A stretch of 64,000 nucleotides of DNA from Acidimicrobiia bacterium (lineage in GTDB: Bacteria > Actinomycetota > Acidimicrobiia > Acidimicrobiales > JANYDT01): assembly GCA_031385545.1 (NCBI GenBank), contig JANNBN010000057.1, positions 3,055 to 67,054 of the forward strand, in the 5' to 3' direction. The translations under genes and the position numbers were made by a program. The notes under the pieces are model-generated. The model saw only the letters and a program-made list of their open reading frames with translations. It was not told where the DNA came from and did not search any database. Shown here one piece after another: positions 35,407-45,013 of the stretch (position 1 is the first letter of the stretch; the number at the start of each line of letters is the position of its first letter).

Positions 35407-35969
35407 CTACCTTTGGGGATCCCGTCAGGACCGCGGTCTTCGTTTTCCAGCAGGCCGGCCGATCGTGCGATCGCGACAGCTTGACCAGCCGTATGGACGG
35501 CCCACTTCTTGTACAGCTTGCGCCGGTGCGTTGACACGGTGCTGTTGCTGACTCCGATTTCGATGGCGATCTCGGCAGTTGTCCTGCCTTCGGCAATTCT
35601 TCGCAACACGGCAAGCTCCCGGTTCGTCGCGGGCATCACCTTCACTGACGGCGCTCGCCAAGGGTGTTTCAACCGCAGGGCAGCTCCGCTCCGCGGAACG
35701 CTTGGACCTTTCCGGGACGCAAGTTCGCCAGTGAGCCAGACAAGGGCATCCCGCGTCGGCGCAAGCTCGAGACTGAGAAGCGCGTCGGTTGAGCGCTGTG
35801 ACGGGGTGGCGGAATGATTCGAAACCCGGACAACTTGAACGATTGACTTGTCGGAGGTCCAATCTTGGTCCAGGGATTCGATCACAACAACCGACGCATC
35901 GGCCTCGCGCAGCACAGCGCTGATTGCCTCGCACCACAGTGCAGTGGACTCGACCACGGCTACTTTCAC
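35403..35969 (-). CDS. LuxR-family regulator with pseudo-receiver-like N-terminus
   Basis: The C-terminal TNRELAVLRRIAEGRTTAEIAIEIGVSNSTVSTHRRKLYKK is the HTH. The start was chosen at GTG 35969 (VKVAVVES...); the ORF extends to 36011. ATGA overlap with the downstream regulator. Confidence 0.7.
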   Translation of the reverse strand: MKVAVVESTALWCEAISAVLREADASVVVIESLDQDWTSDKSIVQVVRVSNHSATPSQRSTDALLSLELAPTRDALVWLTGELASRKGPSVPRSGAALRLKHPWRAPSVKVMPATNRELAVLRRIAEGRTTAEIAIEIGVSNSTVSTHRRKLYKKWAVHTAGQAVAIARSAGLLENEDRGPDGIPKGR

Positions 35970-36039
35970 TTCACAAGTGTTGCAGTTGCGAACGGACCGG
36001 TGCGATTGCATTCGTCAGTCGTCCGGGTACATTGAGACC

Positions 36040-37173
36040 GTGGAAGGTCCGATTGGTGCGTTGGTCGATCTTGCAATCGGACGTGCAACAGACCTGCACC
36101 ATCTTGCGAATTTCGGGCCGCGGCTGTTGGACTGCGCGCTCGAGCACCGCCTTGTCCCCATGCTCTGGGAGACGCTGGCAACGGTGCCAGGACTGGATCG
36201 CCAACGTGTAGCGGCGATCGACCTTCAAGCCCGACACCGGTATCGGATCGTGGAGGAAGAACTCGTCCGCGTCAGCGAGGTAGCGGCCGCCGTCGGCGTG
36301 CAGATCGGTGTCGTCAAAGGGGTGGTCAATTCCGAACGATGGTTCGCATCAGACCCTTCGGTTCGACCGTGTTCAGACATCGACCTGTTCCTCGACCCGA
36401 CCGATCCTGGAGGCACTGACCGCTTGTTGGCTGCGCTCGAACCGGCGAGCCCGCTGTGTGGCCACGCGGGGCATCTGATGGCTCGTGGCGTGCTGCCCGA
36501 CATCCCGATCACCAGCGGACGGTTGTTGGTCGAGATCCACGCGAACCCGATGACGCTGCAACTCAGCAGGAGCCGAATCAACGCGCTGTGGAATTCGACG
36601 GTGGGGACCACCACTCGCGCCGGTGGCTCGGTCCGGTGCCTTGACACCACAACGGCACTCGTCCATGCGCTGATCAATTCGGCCAAGGACAACCACGCGT
36701 TCCTGTTGCAGGTGCTTGAAGTAGGTCGTGCGCTGCACGATCCACAAGTCGACTGGGGTCGCTTCGAGCAGATTGTTCGTGACAACCGCTGGGACACCGT
36801 CATCGACGATGCCCTCGGCTACGTGTGCGCGTTGTTGGACCAACCCGGCCCGCCCGTCGACCTCAAGCCAGAAGCTGCATCCGTGTGGGCCATGCACCGA
36901 CTTGCTCCAGTCGCCGATCGGCTTGGGGGGCGAGCCTCGTGGCGTCGAGCCCAGCGTTTCTGCAAGCTGGACCTCGTCGTGCCGGGAACACGGGTCGCAA
37001 CGGCGAAAGGAATCGTCACCCGCACGTTTTCACCCGATGAATACATCTCCGCTTTCGCTCCTGATCTCCGTGGTCCTTACCCTCTGCGCGCTGCCAAGTT
37101 CTGGGTTCGTCGCCAGCAGTACGTGAAGGGCACGCGGTCTTCGCTGGCCGGCCCGCTCCCGAAGCAAGGTTGA
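36040..37173 (+). CDS. Nucleotidyltransferase-fold protein (PF14907/NTP_transf_5-like), lasso-cluster associated
   Basis: VVKGVVNSERWFASDPSVRPCSDIDLFLDP...LLVEIHANPM fits the pattern of the uncharacterised nucleotidyltransferase family. The start was taken at GTG 36040 inside ORF 35848-37173, because the 5' part overlaps the divergent regulator. Confidence 0.65.
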   Translation: MEGPIGALVDLAIGRATDLHHLANFGPRLLDCALEHRLVPMLWETLATVPGLDRQRVAAIDLQARHRYRIVEEELVRVSEVAAAVGVQIGVVKGVVNSERWFASDPSVRPCSDIDLFLDPTDPGGTDRLLAALEPASPLCGHAGHLMARGVLPDIPITSGRLLVEIHANPMTLQLSRSRINALWNSTVGTTTRAGGSVRCLDTTTALVHALINSAKDNHAFLLQVLEVGRALHDPQVDWGRFEQIVRDNRWDTVIDDALGYVCALLDQPGPPVDLKPEAASVWAMHRLAPVADRLGGRASWRRAQRFCKLDLVVPGTRVATAKGIVTRTFSPDEYISAFAPDLRGPYPLRAAKFWVRRQQYVKGTRSSLAGPLPKQG

Positions 37174-39014
37174 TTCGGTTGAGGGGCGTGCTCCGGCTGT
37201 TCGCAGGGCTGTCGACCAACCTTCGACAGACCTATCGATTGGTCTGGGACGGTGCCCGATCACAGGTGACCATCGGTCTTGCGCTCGACGTTGTGCTGAC
37301 CGTCGCCACGATCGGCCAACTGGCCTTGGTGAAGCGGTTGCTCTCGCAATTGCGGGTCGGCGCTCAGCAAGGCGAGTTAGCGCAGCCGTTGCTCCTCACG
37401 ATCGCCGTCAGTGGAGTCCTCGCTGCCACGGTGGCGGCGATCGGTGCGGTGCAGATGTTCATTCGGCCACTGGCAGTTGAGATGCTCACTCGCCACACGT
37501 ACGCCAAGGTGCTCGAACGACTGCGCACGGCTCCCCTCGAGGACTTCGACGAGCCCACGTTCCATGACCGTCTTGAACGGCTTTCGAAGGACGGGGTCGA
37601 GCGTCCGGCCGAACTGGTGTGGGCGGCGTCCGGGCTGCTTGCCAGCCTGATCGGCATCATTGGCATCGGCGCGTTCGTGACGTCGATCCTTCCGGAGATC
37701 ATGCCGATGGTGATCGTCGGGGCGATACCGCTGCTCGTCGCCAGCCGTGTCGACGCCCACGCCTACTACCAATACATCCAGGGTGTGGGATCACTTCGCC
37801 GCAGAACCCAATACCTGCGAGACGTGCTCACCGAACGCAAGATGGCGCCCGAACTTCTTGGTTACGGGCTTCGGCCCAGGCTGGAGGAGTGGCACGAAGC
37901 TTTTCAGCAACAGCGGATCGACCGGCTTGCGACGATGGTCAAGTCCCGCTCCATCCGCTCCATCTACACGGCGATTGCAACCATCATCGTCACGATTGCA
38001 GCCATGTCGCTCATCGCGTGGAGGGCTACACATGGTGACCTCACCATCGACGAAGCCGTCGCTGTGGTGTTGGGCGTCCAGCAGTTGACGGGAAGGCTTT
38101 CGACCCTTCGGTCCGCCCTGTCTGTCGTGCAACAGAATCGACTGTTCCTCTCGGACCTGTTCAGCTTCCTCAACGACGTCGCCCCGCCGAGCACCGACCA
38201 GCGCCCGTCTGTCAGCGAATCGGGCACGGAGCCGGTGCCCGTCGGGCTGGGCAGCGACATCCAGGTCGACTCCGTGGTCTTTCGCTACCCGGCGCAGACC
38301 CGAAATGCTGTCGACACCATCGATGTGCACATTCCGAAGGGACAGGTCGTCGCGCTGGTCGGAGAGAACGGGTCAGGCAAGACGACGCTCGCCAAAATCA
38401 TTGCGGGGCTGTACTCGCCGACGTCGGGAACTGTGCGGGTCGGTGGAGTCGACCTGGCCGGGTTGCAGGGCTCGGCCCGCACCCGCCACGCCGTGACCGT
38501 ATTCCAGGACTTTGCTCGGTTCGCCCTCAGCGCCCACGACAACATCGCGTTGGGTGACACGGCGCGGATGAACGACCCGGCACGAGTGCAGCAGTCGATC
38601 GATGCGGCCGGTCTGGGTGGAGTCATCGATGCGCTTCCCAACGGCTTGGACACCATCCTGGCGTCGCAGTTCGAGGGCGGGGTTGATGTGTCATCGGGGC
38701 AGTGGCAGCGGTTCGCACTCGCCCGTGCGTTCTACCGTGATGCCCCGGTCCTGCTCTTGGACGAACCCACCGCTGCACTCGACGCTCGGTCCGAGTACCT
38801 GCTGTTCGAACGAGTCCGCGAAATCGCCCGAGGTCGCACCGTCATTCTGATCTCGCACCGTCTGGCCTCAGTTCGCGACGTCGACCGGATCATCGTCATG
38901 CGCACCGGACGCATCGTGGAGTCAGGAACGCACCAGGAACTGATCGCGTCTGGCGGGCTGTACGCAGAACTGACGGACCTGCAGGAACGAACGAGCCTCG
39001 CCAACCTGGACTGA
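37170..39014 (+). CDS. ABC exporter, fused permease and ATPase (McjD-like lasso D protein candidate)
   Basis: 614 aa. The N-terminal half has 6 TM helices. Walker A is GENGSGKTTL, the signature is SSGQWQR and Walker B is LLLDEPTAALD. TTGA overlap with the upstream gene (alternative starts at 37179 and 37188). Confidence 0.9.
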   Translation: MIRLRGVLRLFAGLSTNLRQTYRLVWDGARSQVTIGLALDVVLTVATIGQLALVKRLLSQLRVGAQQGELAQPLLLTIAVSGVLAATVAAIGAVQMFIRPLAVEMLTRHTYAKVLERLRTAPLEDFDEPTFHDRLERLSKDGVERPAELVWAASGLLASLIGIIGIGAFVTSILPEIMPMVIVGAIPLLVASRVDAHAYYQYIQGVGSLRRRTQYLRDVLTERKMAPELLGYGLRPRLEEWHEAFQQQRIDRLATMVKSRSIRSIYTAIATIIVTIAAMSLIAWRATHGDLTIDEAVAVVLGVQQLTGRLSTLRSALSVVQQNRLFLSDLFSFLNDVAPPSTDQRPSVSESGTEPVPVGLGSDIQVDSVVFRYPAQTRNAVDTIDVHIPKGQVVALVGENGSGKTTLAKIIAGLYSPTSGTVRVGGVDLAGLQGSARTRHAVTVFQDFARFALSAHDNIALGDTARMNDPARVQQSIDAAGLGGVIDALPNGLDTILASQFEGGVDVSSGQWQRFALARAFYRDAPVLLLDEPTAALDARSEYLLFERVREIARGRTVILISHRLASVRDVDRIIVMRTGRIVESGTHQELIASGGLYAELTDLQERTSLANLD

Positions 39015-39034
39015 CGCGGGTCCTACGTACGGTC

Positions 39035-39478
39035 CTAGCGCGCGGTTGAGTCAGCTGTTGCGCGGTAGTTGGTGGAAGCGTCGCCTGCCTGTGGGCGGTC
39101 TTCGTAGCGCTCGCCCGCGAGCACAGCGCGCATTGCCTTGCGGACGCGGATCGGGTCGAGCGGCTTGATGAGCCATCCGTCGGCGTCGCATTTCTGGGCC
39201 AGATACGTGTCGGCGTTGCGGTCGAGCAGCAACAGCACGGGCACTTCGGGGGAACGGCCGCCAGAGGCCTCGAGGCGTAGGTCGTAGGTGACCGCAATCG
39301 CCCCCATGTCCGAGATCTGCATGTCGAGGATGACAAGGTCCGGCTCTTCGGTGGCCACGATATCTCGGACGGCCCGGCCGGCGGTAACGCTGCGGATGAC
39401 GGTATCGCCACCCGGGATGGCGGCGCGGATCTCGTCGTGCACCCAGGGGGCGTCGCTACAGATCAAGACGGTGGGCAT
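39035..39478 (-). CDS. Stand-alone response-regulator receiver domain protein
   Basis: 147 aa. VLICSDAP, DLVILDMQISDMG (phospho-acceptor Asp), VLLLLDR and GWLIKPLD (conserved Lys). Confidence 0.85.
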   Translation of the reverse strand: MPTVLICSDAPWVHDEIRAAIPGGDTVIRSVTAGRAVRDIVATEEPDLVILDMQISDMGAIAVTYDLRLEASGGRSPEVPVLLLLDRNADTYLAQKCDADGWLIKPLDPIRVRKAMRAVLAGERYEDRPQAGDASTNYRATADSTAR

Positions 39479-39489
39479 GGCTGTTGAGA

Positions 39490-40875
39490 CTAGTGCCCGG
39501 CAGGTGCAGGACCAGCGGCACCGGTGGCCGTGGCGGCTACGAACCCCGGTTTGAACAGCAGCCAGAACAAGATGCCGGCGGCCAAGGTGAGTCCGGCGCC
39601 GGCGACGAGCGGCGTGTTCGAGCTCACGCTCGACGCGACGTATCCCACGAGGACCGATGCCGGAACCTGGGCGAGGCTGGACACGCTGGAGTAGATACCC
39701 ATCGCCTCGCCTTGGCGGCCCATCTCGGCGGAGCGCGACATGAGCGAGGTGAGGTTGGCCATGGACAGACCCTGGAAGAGCGCCAGGACCGGGATGAACA
39801 GGTACAGGATGGCGGACCGGGTGATGAGGCAGTACGCCGTGAGTGCCACTACTTGGCCGAAGATCGAGAAGCGGAGCACCTTGTAGTCAGCCAGCTTCTT
39901 TGCCACCACGCCGACCAAGGCGCCTTGGGTGATGGCGATGAACACGCCAACGATGGCGAAGTAGTCACCGGTCTTGGATTGGGAGAAACCGAATTTGTTC
40001 TTGACGTATACCCCGAAGAACGTGGTGAAGAACGTGAACCCACAGACCCAGAAGAACGCTGTGGTCAGGACGGGGCGAAGCCGTGGACTGGAGAAGCCCT
40101 CCTGCACGTTGCGGACGGCCTTTGACAGTTCGAGCTTTCCGCTGCGTTTGTGGACCAGCGTCTCGGGAAGCCTGAAGAACACCGAGGCCGCGTTGAGCGC
40201 CGCCAAGAGCGAAGCGAACAGGAACGGTGTTGTCGCTCCGAACCACGAGGGCGTGTCGAACAGGCCGTAGAAGCTGGTGTCCGGAGCGCTGAGCCGACCG
40301 CCGATGTAGGGCCCGAGGATGAACCCGAGACCGAACGCAGCACCGATGAGACCGAAGTTCTTGGCTCGGTTCTCGTTGGTCGAGACGTCGCCGATTGCAG
40401 CTTGGGCAACGGCCAGGTTGCCACCGGTGATGCCGTCGATGGCTCGGCCAAGGAACAACAACGGGATGGACTTGGCGCTGATGCCGGCGGCGAAGATCAG
40501 GTAGCCGACAGCTGTTCCGGCGATAGAGATTGCGAGGATGGGCCGGCGGCCCATGCGGTCCGAAAGCTGCCCGAGAATCGGTGCCGCAAGGAAGATGCAG
40601 AGGGGATACACCGCTTGGAGCCAACCAAGCATGATGAGCCCGGTCGTTGGAGACCAATCCAACGGGGTGACGCGGAACGCGGCCCCGGGCCGTGGATCGA
40701 TGAGGAGCGGGAAGACGGGGATGAGAATGGAGAAACCAACGAGATCGATGAAGATCGTGAAGAACAACGGCAACAGGGCCTTTCGCTGGCGGGGTTGCGT
40801 TCCGCTGCCAGCAGTGCCGGGGCTATCGGTTGGAAAGACTTTCGGAAGGACTTCCGGAGGTTCGGAGTTCGGCAC
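39490..40875 (-). CDS. MFS transporter
   Basis: 461 aa with about 12 hydrophobic spans. MFS motif A is GQLSDRMGRRPIL. Confidence 0.85.
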   Translation of the reverse strand: MPNSEPPEVLPKVFPTDSPGTAGSGTQPRQRKALLPLFFTIFIDLVGFSILIPVFPLLIDPRPGAAFRVTPLDWSPTTGLIMLGWLQAVYPLCIFLAAPILGQLSDRMGRRPILAISIAGTAVGYLIFAAGISAKSIPLLFLGRAIDGITGGNLAVAQAAIGDVSTNENRAKNFGLIGAAFGLGFILGPYIGGRLSAPDTSFYGLFDTPSWFGATTPFLFASLLAALNAASVFFRLPETLVHKRSGKLELSKAVRNVQEGFSSPRLRPVLTTAFFWVCGFTFFTTFFGVYVKNKFGFSQSKTGDYFAIVGVFIAITQGALVGVVAKKLADYKVLRFSIFGQVVALTAYCLITRSAILYLFIPVLALFQGLSMANLTSLMSRSAEMGRQGEAMGIYSSVSSLAQVPASVLVGYVASSVSSNTPLVAGAGLTLAAGILFWLLFKPGFVAATATGAAGPAPAGH

Positions 40876-40917
40876 TCGATCACCTTAACGGGAGGGGTGA
40901 GACAACCTTTTGGCCGG

Positions 40918-42003
40918 TCACCACTGCGACGCCAGCCTGCTGAGCGCTGCGCCTTCGTCCAAGCGGGGGTCGAACTGCTCGACCAAAGCGACGATGGGTG
41001 TTGAGAGCGATGATCGGAGCGTGTCTGCTGCAGCTTCGTCGCGCACGCGACGGGCCTGGTGGTCGGCGAGTATCTCGTTGACGGCGTTCGCCTGCGCAGA
41101 CTTTCCGGGAGACGAGTTCGGAAGACCTTCGTAGAACGGTTCAGCCCGATTCACAATGGCACCGTGGACGGTGATGCCGGTCTGCCCGATCTCCCCGGCG
41201 AAATCCAACGCAGCGCGGAGCGGCTCGTGTTCCGATGTCGTGATCAGGATCCACGCTGTGCGTTGATCCGTGAGGATTTCGAGCGCGTCTGCCGCCCGCT
41301 CACGAAAGCCTGACTCCAGCCCGTCGAAGAGCCGGAAGAACTCAATCGCATCGGACACGACAGCGCCGCCGATGACCTGCGTCAGTGGCTTCAGCACGGC
41401 TTGGGCTGCACTTGAAACCAGACGGAACGCGCCTTTCCCCGGAGCGATGACCAGACGAAACAGAGTGTGGTCGAGGAACCGGACCAAGCGACGCGGTGCG
41501 GTGACGAAGTCCAGCGCGTTTGCGGCGGGCGGGGTGTCGACCACCACCACGTCGAACCGCTCATCTGCGACCAGTTGGTGAACCTTCTCCGCGGCCATGT
41601 ACTCCTGGGTTCCCGACAGCGTGCCGGAGATGTTCGCATAGAGCCGGTTGGCCAGAATGGCGGCCGCCTGGCCTGGCGCTGCGTGCGTGCGGATGACATC
41701 GTCGAAGGTCGCTTTGGTGTCGAGCATGCAAGCCCACAGCTCACCGGCGAGCGGCTCAGCGGGTTGCGAACCGTTGACGGTCAAAGAGACGCGGCGAGGT
41801 GTGTTGTCGAGCGCGACGACACCCAGCGTTTCTGCGAGACGCTTCGCCGGATCAATCGTGACCACCACGCAGCGCCTGCCGCGTTGCGCCTGCGACAAGG
41901 CGATTGCCGACGCGAGCGTGGTCTTGCCGACGCCGCCTGTCCCTGCGGTCACGATGACCCGGGCCGACGCAAGTACCGAAGCCAGGTCACCTTCTGGGAT
42001 CAT
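40918..42003 (-). CDS. ArsA-family ATPase (second gene of a pair)
   Basis: VIVTAGTGGVGKTTLASAIAL P-loop. The start at ATG 42003 overlaps the upstream stop (ATGA); ORF-track start is 42102. Confidence 0.85.
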   Translation of the reverse strand: MIPEGDLASVLASARVIVTAGTGGVGKTTLASAIALSQAQRGRRCVVVTIDPAKRLAETLGVVALDNTPRRVSLTVNGSQPAEPLAGELWACMLDTKATFDDVIRTHAAPGQAAAILANRLYANISGTLSGTQEYMAAEKVHQLVADERFDVVVVDTPPAANALDFVTAPRRLVRFLDHTLFRLVIAPGKGAFRLVSSAAQAVLKPLTQVIGGAVVSDAIEFFRLFDGLESGFRERAADALEILTDQRTAWILITTSEHEPLRAALDFAGEIGQTGITVHGAIVNRAEPFYEGLPNSSPGKSAQANAVNEILADHQARRVRDEAAADTLRSSLSTPIVALVEQFDPRLDEGAALSRLASQW

Positions 42004-42932
42004 CCGATCTCCTCGGCGGTGATTTGCTGGACGATTTGTTGGAGGGCTTCCTGGAGGGCTTCCTGGAGGCGAGTACGCCGCTGCACCGCTGACGGGTCCC
42101 ACACCGCAGGCAGTTCGACCAACGGGAGCGGAAGCTGAGCCCGGAGACGTTGAATCAACTCGGTCTGCGAGGACTCTCGTGTTGCCCGGTCATGTATGAG
42201 TCGTTTTAGCGGGTCGCTCAACACGCTCTGTTTCAGCGTTCCGGCGAGGCGACTCTCGACCCGGTTCACGATCAGTGGACCAAGCCGCACGTGCACGCGG
42301 TCCTCGAGCGCAAATGCTGTTTCGACCGTCTCCGAGACGGGCGTCTGTTCGGGAAGGGTCACCAGGACCACCTGTGTTATGGCAGGGTCCGCCAGCGTTG
42401 CTGCTACCTCGTCCGCCTGCTGGCGGATTGCGCCGACTGAAACCGATTCGCGCAGACCTGCGGCGGTATGCAACATCGTGATGGCGTGCCCGGAAGCCGG
42501 TCCATCGACAACCACCAAGTCATGGTCACCTTGGTTGACAAGCGCTTTGATCCTCCCGAGCACGAGGATGTCGCGAATGCCGGGCACGGCGGTTGCGATC
42601 ATGTCCAGCGCGCCGGAAGCACGCAGGCGGTCCGCAACCCGCCCGAGCCGCTTGTCGGAGAGCCAGTCGGCCAGTGCCCGGTCCGCTAAGACCATCTGAG
42701 CCTCGAGCCGATCGGCGACAACCACACGCGACTCGCTGAACGGCTCGGCGCCGAACAGGGCGGCAAGCGACGCCGGAGACTCCAGTCCGACCAGCAATGT
42801 GCGCAGTCCGGATGCCGCCGCTGCGGCCGCGGTGACTGCTGCCACAGTGGTTTTTCCCACTCCGCCCTTGCCGGCGACGATGAGGAGTCTGGAGTCACGG
42901 AAGAATGGGGGTCGCATGCGATGTGACCACAC
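42000..42932 (-). CDS. ArsA-family ATPase (first gene of a pair)
   Basis: 310 aa. LIVAGKGGVGKTTVAAVTA P-loop. The paired arrangement resembles the mycobacterial Rv3679/Rv3680-type loci. Confidence 0.85.
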   Translation of the reverse strand: MWSHRMRPPFFRDSRLLIVAGKGGVGKTTVAAVTAAAAAASGLRTLLVGLESPASLAALFGAEPFSESRVVVADRLEAQMVLADRALADWLSDKRLGRVADRLRASGALDMIATAVPGIRDILVLGRIKALVNQGDHDLVVVDGPASGHAITMLHTAAGLRESVSVGAIRQQADEVAATLADPAITQVVLVTLPEQTPVSETVETAFALEDRVHVRLGPLIVNRVESRLAGTLKQSVLSDPLKRLIHDRATRESSQTELIQRLRAQLPLPLVELPAVWDPSAVQRRTRLQEALQEALQQIVQQITAEEIG

Positions 42933-42990
42933 CTTCTCAACCTCCGATCAGCGCTCCCGTTCTCAGGACCGGACCGATCGATTAATCCGC

Positions 42991-44295
42991 ATGTGGCTGA
43001 CGCGCACACTAGCCACCGTTGGTGTCTGTGCGGCAGCGCTGCTGTCGCTGCTGCCCCCGGCAGTGGCCACCGAGGTTCCACCGTCGTCCACACTGGTCCC
43101 GGCTGTGGTCGACTCCGGCGACCGTCCTGCCGGGCCGTTCGTCGACATTCTCGAAGTCGAAGGGCGCGTCGACCCGGTCACGGCCGATTTTATCGTGTCC
43201 TCGCTGCGCAAGGCAGCACTCGACGGCGCACAGGCCGTCGTGATCCAGCTCAACTCGCCCGGGTCGTTCCTCACCGCCGCGCAGATGGCCGAGGTGACCG
43301 ATGCCATGAGCAAGCCGGGGCACGTCCCGGTAGCGGTCTGGGTGGGGCCCTCCGGAGCGCGGGCCCGCGGGCAGTCCGTCGAGCTGCTGGCAGCAGCGGA
43401 CTTCGTGGGAGTCGGCGGCAAGGTCGAGGTGCAACCGTCCGGCTCCGCACCGCTTGACGCAAAGCAGGCGATCGACGCGAAAACGGCTGATGTGCAGGCA
43501 CCCGTGCTCGCGGACTTCATTGGGCAGCTCGATGGAAAGACACTCGCCGGCCAGACGCTCGACACGGCAGGCGACACCGTGAAACAGGCCAACGGCCGCG
43601 AGACCGCACAGCTTCGCACGGTCAGGTTCCAGCGGCTGGGGCTGCTCCAACAGTTGCTGCACAACATGGCCAACCCGGGGATCACGTTTCTGTTCCTCAC
43701 CATCGGTCTCGCGTTGGCTGTCTTCGAGTTCTTCACGGGCGGCGTCGGAATTGCCGCCAGTGTGGCGGTCATTTGCGCCGGTCTTGGTGCCTACGGCCTT
43801 GGTGTTCTACCCACCCGGCCGCTGGGTGCTTTCCTGGTGGTGGCATCGTTCCTGGCGTTCGCCGTTGACGTGCAGGCTGGTCAACCGAGGTTCTGGACGG
43901 GGGTGGCCACCGTTGCACTTTCGGCCGGCTCGCTGCTGCTGTTCGGCTCCGGTGTTTCGGTGCCGCTGTGGTGGGCTGCAATTGTGGTCGTGATGATCGT
44001 CGTGTTCATGGTGGGCGGTATGCCGACCATGATCCGCACCCGGTTCGCAACGCCCACCATCGGCCGTGAGTCCATGGTCGGAGAGCTGGGAACGGCACGC
44101 ACAGATGTCTCCCCCGACGGTGTGGTCGAGGTGAAGGGTGCGCCGTGGCGGGCACGGACCAACCGCAGCACGCCGATCACCGCCGGGTCGCCGCTGCGCG
44201 TGGCCTCGATCGATGGGCTGGTGCTTGAGGTGGAACCGCTTGAAGGTGCGGCGCGTGACCATCGGGAGCGCCGACGCCCAGACACAGCGGACTGA
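42991..44295 (+). CDS. Membrane-bound ClpP-class serine protease NfeD
   Basis: Signal/TM N-terminus MWLTRTLATVGVCAAALL. ClpP-like VVIQLNSPGS, multiple TM helices and the C-terminal NfeD OB segment VVEVKGAPWRARTN...GSPLRVASIDGLVLEVEP are present. Confidence 0.8.
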   Translation: MWLTRTLATVGVCAAALLSLLPPAVATEVPPSSTLVPAVVDSGDRPAGPFVDILEVEGRVDPVTADFIVSSLRKAALDGAQAVVIQLNSPGSFLTAAQMAEVTDAMSKPGHVPVAVWVGPSGARARGQSVELLAAADFVGVGGKVEVQPSGSAPLDAKQAIDAKTADVQAPVLADFIGQLDGKTLAGQTLDTAGDTVKQANGRETAQLRTVRFQRLGLLQQLLHNMANPGITFLFLTIGLALAVFEFFTGGVGIAASVAVICAGLGAYGLGVLPTRPLGAFLVVASFLAFAVDVQAGQPRFWTGVATVALSAGSLLLFGSGVSVPLWWAAIVVVMIVVFMVGGMPTMIRTRFATPTIGRESMVGELGTARTDVSPDGVVEVKGAPWRARTNRSTPITAGSPLRVASIDGLVLEVEPLEGAARDHRERRRPDTAD

Positions 44296-44337
44296 CCGGA
44301 GACGCCGCAACTGGGTCGCAGCAAACGGGTGCCTCGC

Positions 44338-45006
44338 TCAGCGCGGCGAGCGGTGGTCGGCGAGCGAGCCGCGCACGAGCATCAGCACATCGGTGTGGAC
44401 CGCATCGACGCTGCGGCCTTCCACCTCGACGATGACCCCGTGTCCGCGTTCCGCCGCTCGCCGATACAGGCGTCGTGATGCCCGCAGGAGCGCCTCGTGG
44501 GACTCGTACACGTCCGGAGTGTTGCCAGCCGACTCAGCTCGGTCGATAGCCCGTGCCATGGACGTTTCGACGCTGATGTCCAGCAACACGGTGAGCGCCG
44601 GAATGGGAAGGCCAAGGCGTTCCATCTCAAGCTGGAGAACCCAGTCGAACACAGCGTCAGCCTCGGCAGCATCGCCCGCCCGCGCTCCTTGGTAGACGGC
44701 GTTGGACAGCGTCCACCGGTTGATCAGCAATATGTCGCAGTCAGGCAACCCGTTGGTGACTGCATCCCACCTGTCCATGGCGAACCAGAGGGCCATCGAA
44801 CGTGGGTCCAGCGTGTCGGCGGTGGCGTCCTCCGCTCCGCTGAGGAGCGCACCGATCCGAGACCCGAAGAACGTGCTGTACCGGGGGAACGACAGGGTGC
44901 CGACGCGGCTCCCCGAACCGGTCAGCGCGTCGGCGAGCAGCGCTGCTTGGGTCGTCTTGCCAGACGCGTCCAGCCCTTCGACCGCGATGATCGTCGGTGT
45001 GGTCAC
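44338..45006 (-). CDS. tmk: Thymidylate kinase
   Basis: IIAVEGLDASGKTTQAALLA P-loop, FPRY and NRW motifs. GTG start at 45006 inside ORF 44338-45099. Confidence 0.85.
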   Translation of the reverse strand: MTTPTIIAVEGLDASGKTTQAALLADALTGSGSRVGTLSFPRYSTFFGSRIGALLSGAEDATADTLDPRSMALWFAMDRWDAVTNGLPDCDILLINRWTLSNAVYQGARAGDAAEADAVFDWVLQLEMERLGLPIPALTVLLDISVETSMARAIDRAESAGNTPDVYESHEALLRASRRLYRRAAERGHGVIVEVEGRSVDAVHTDVLMLVRGSLADHRSPR

Positions 45007-45013
45007 GGTGTGG

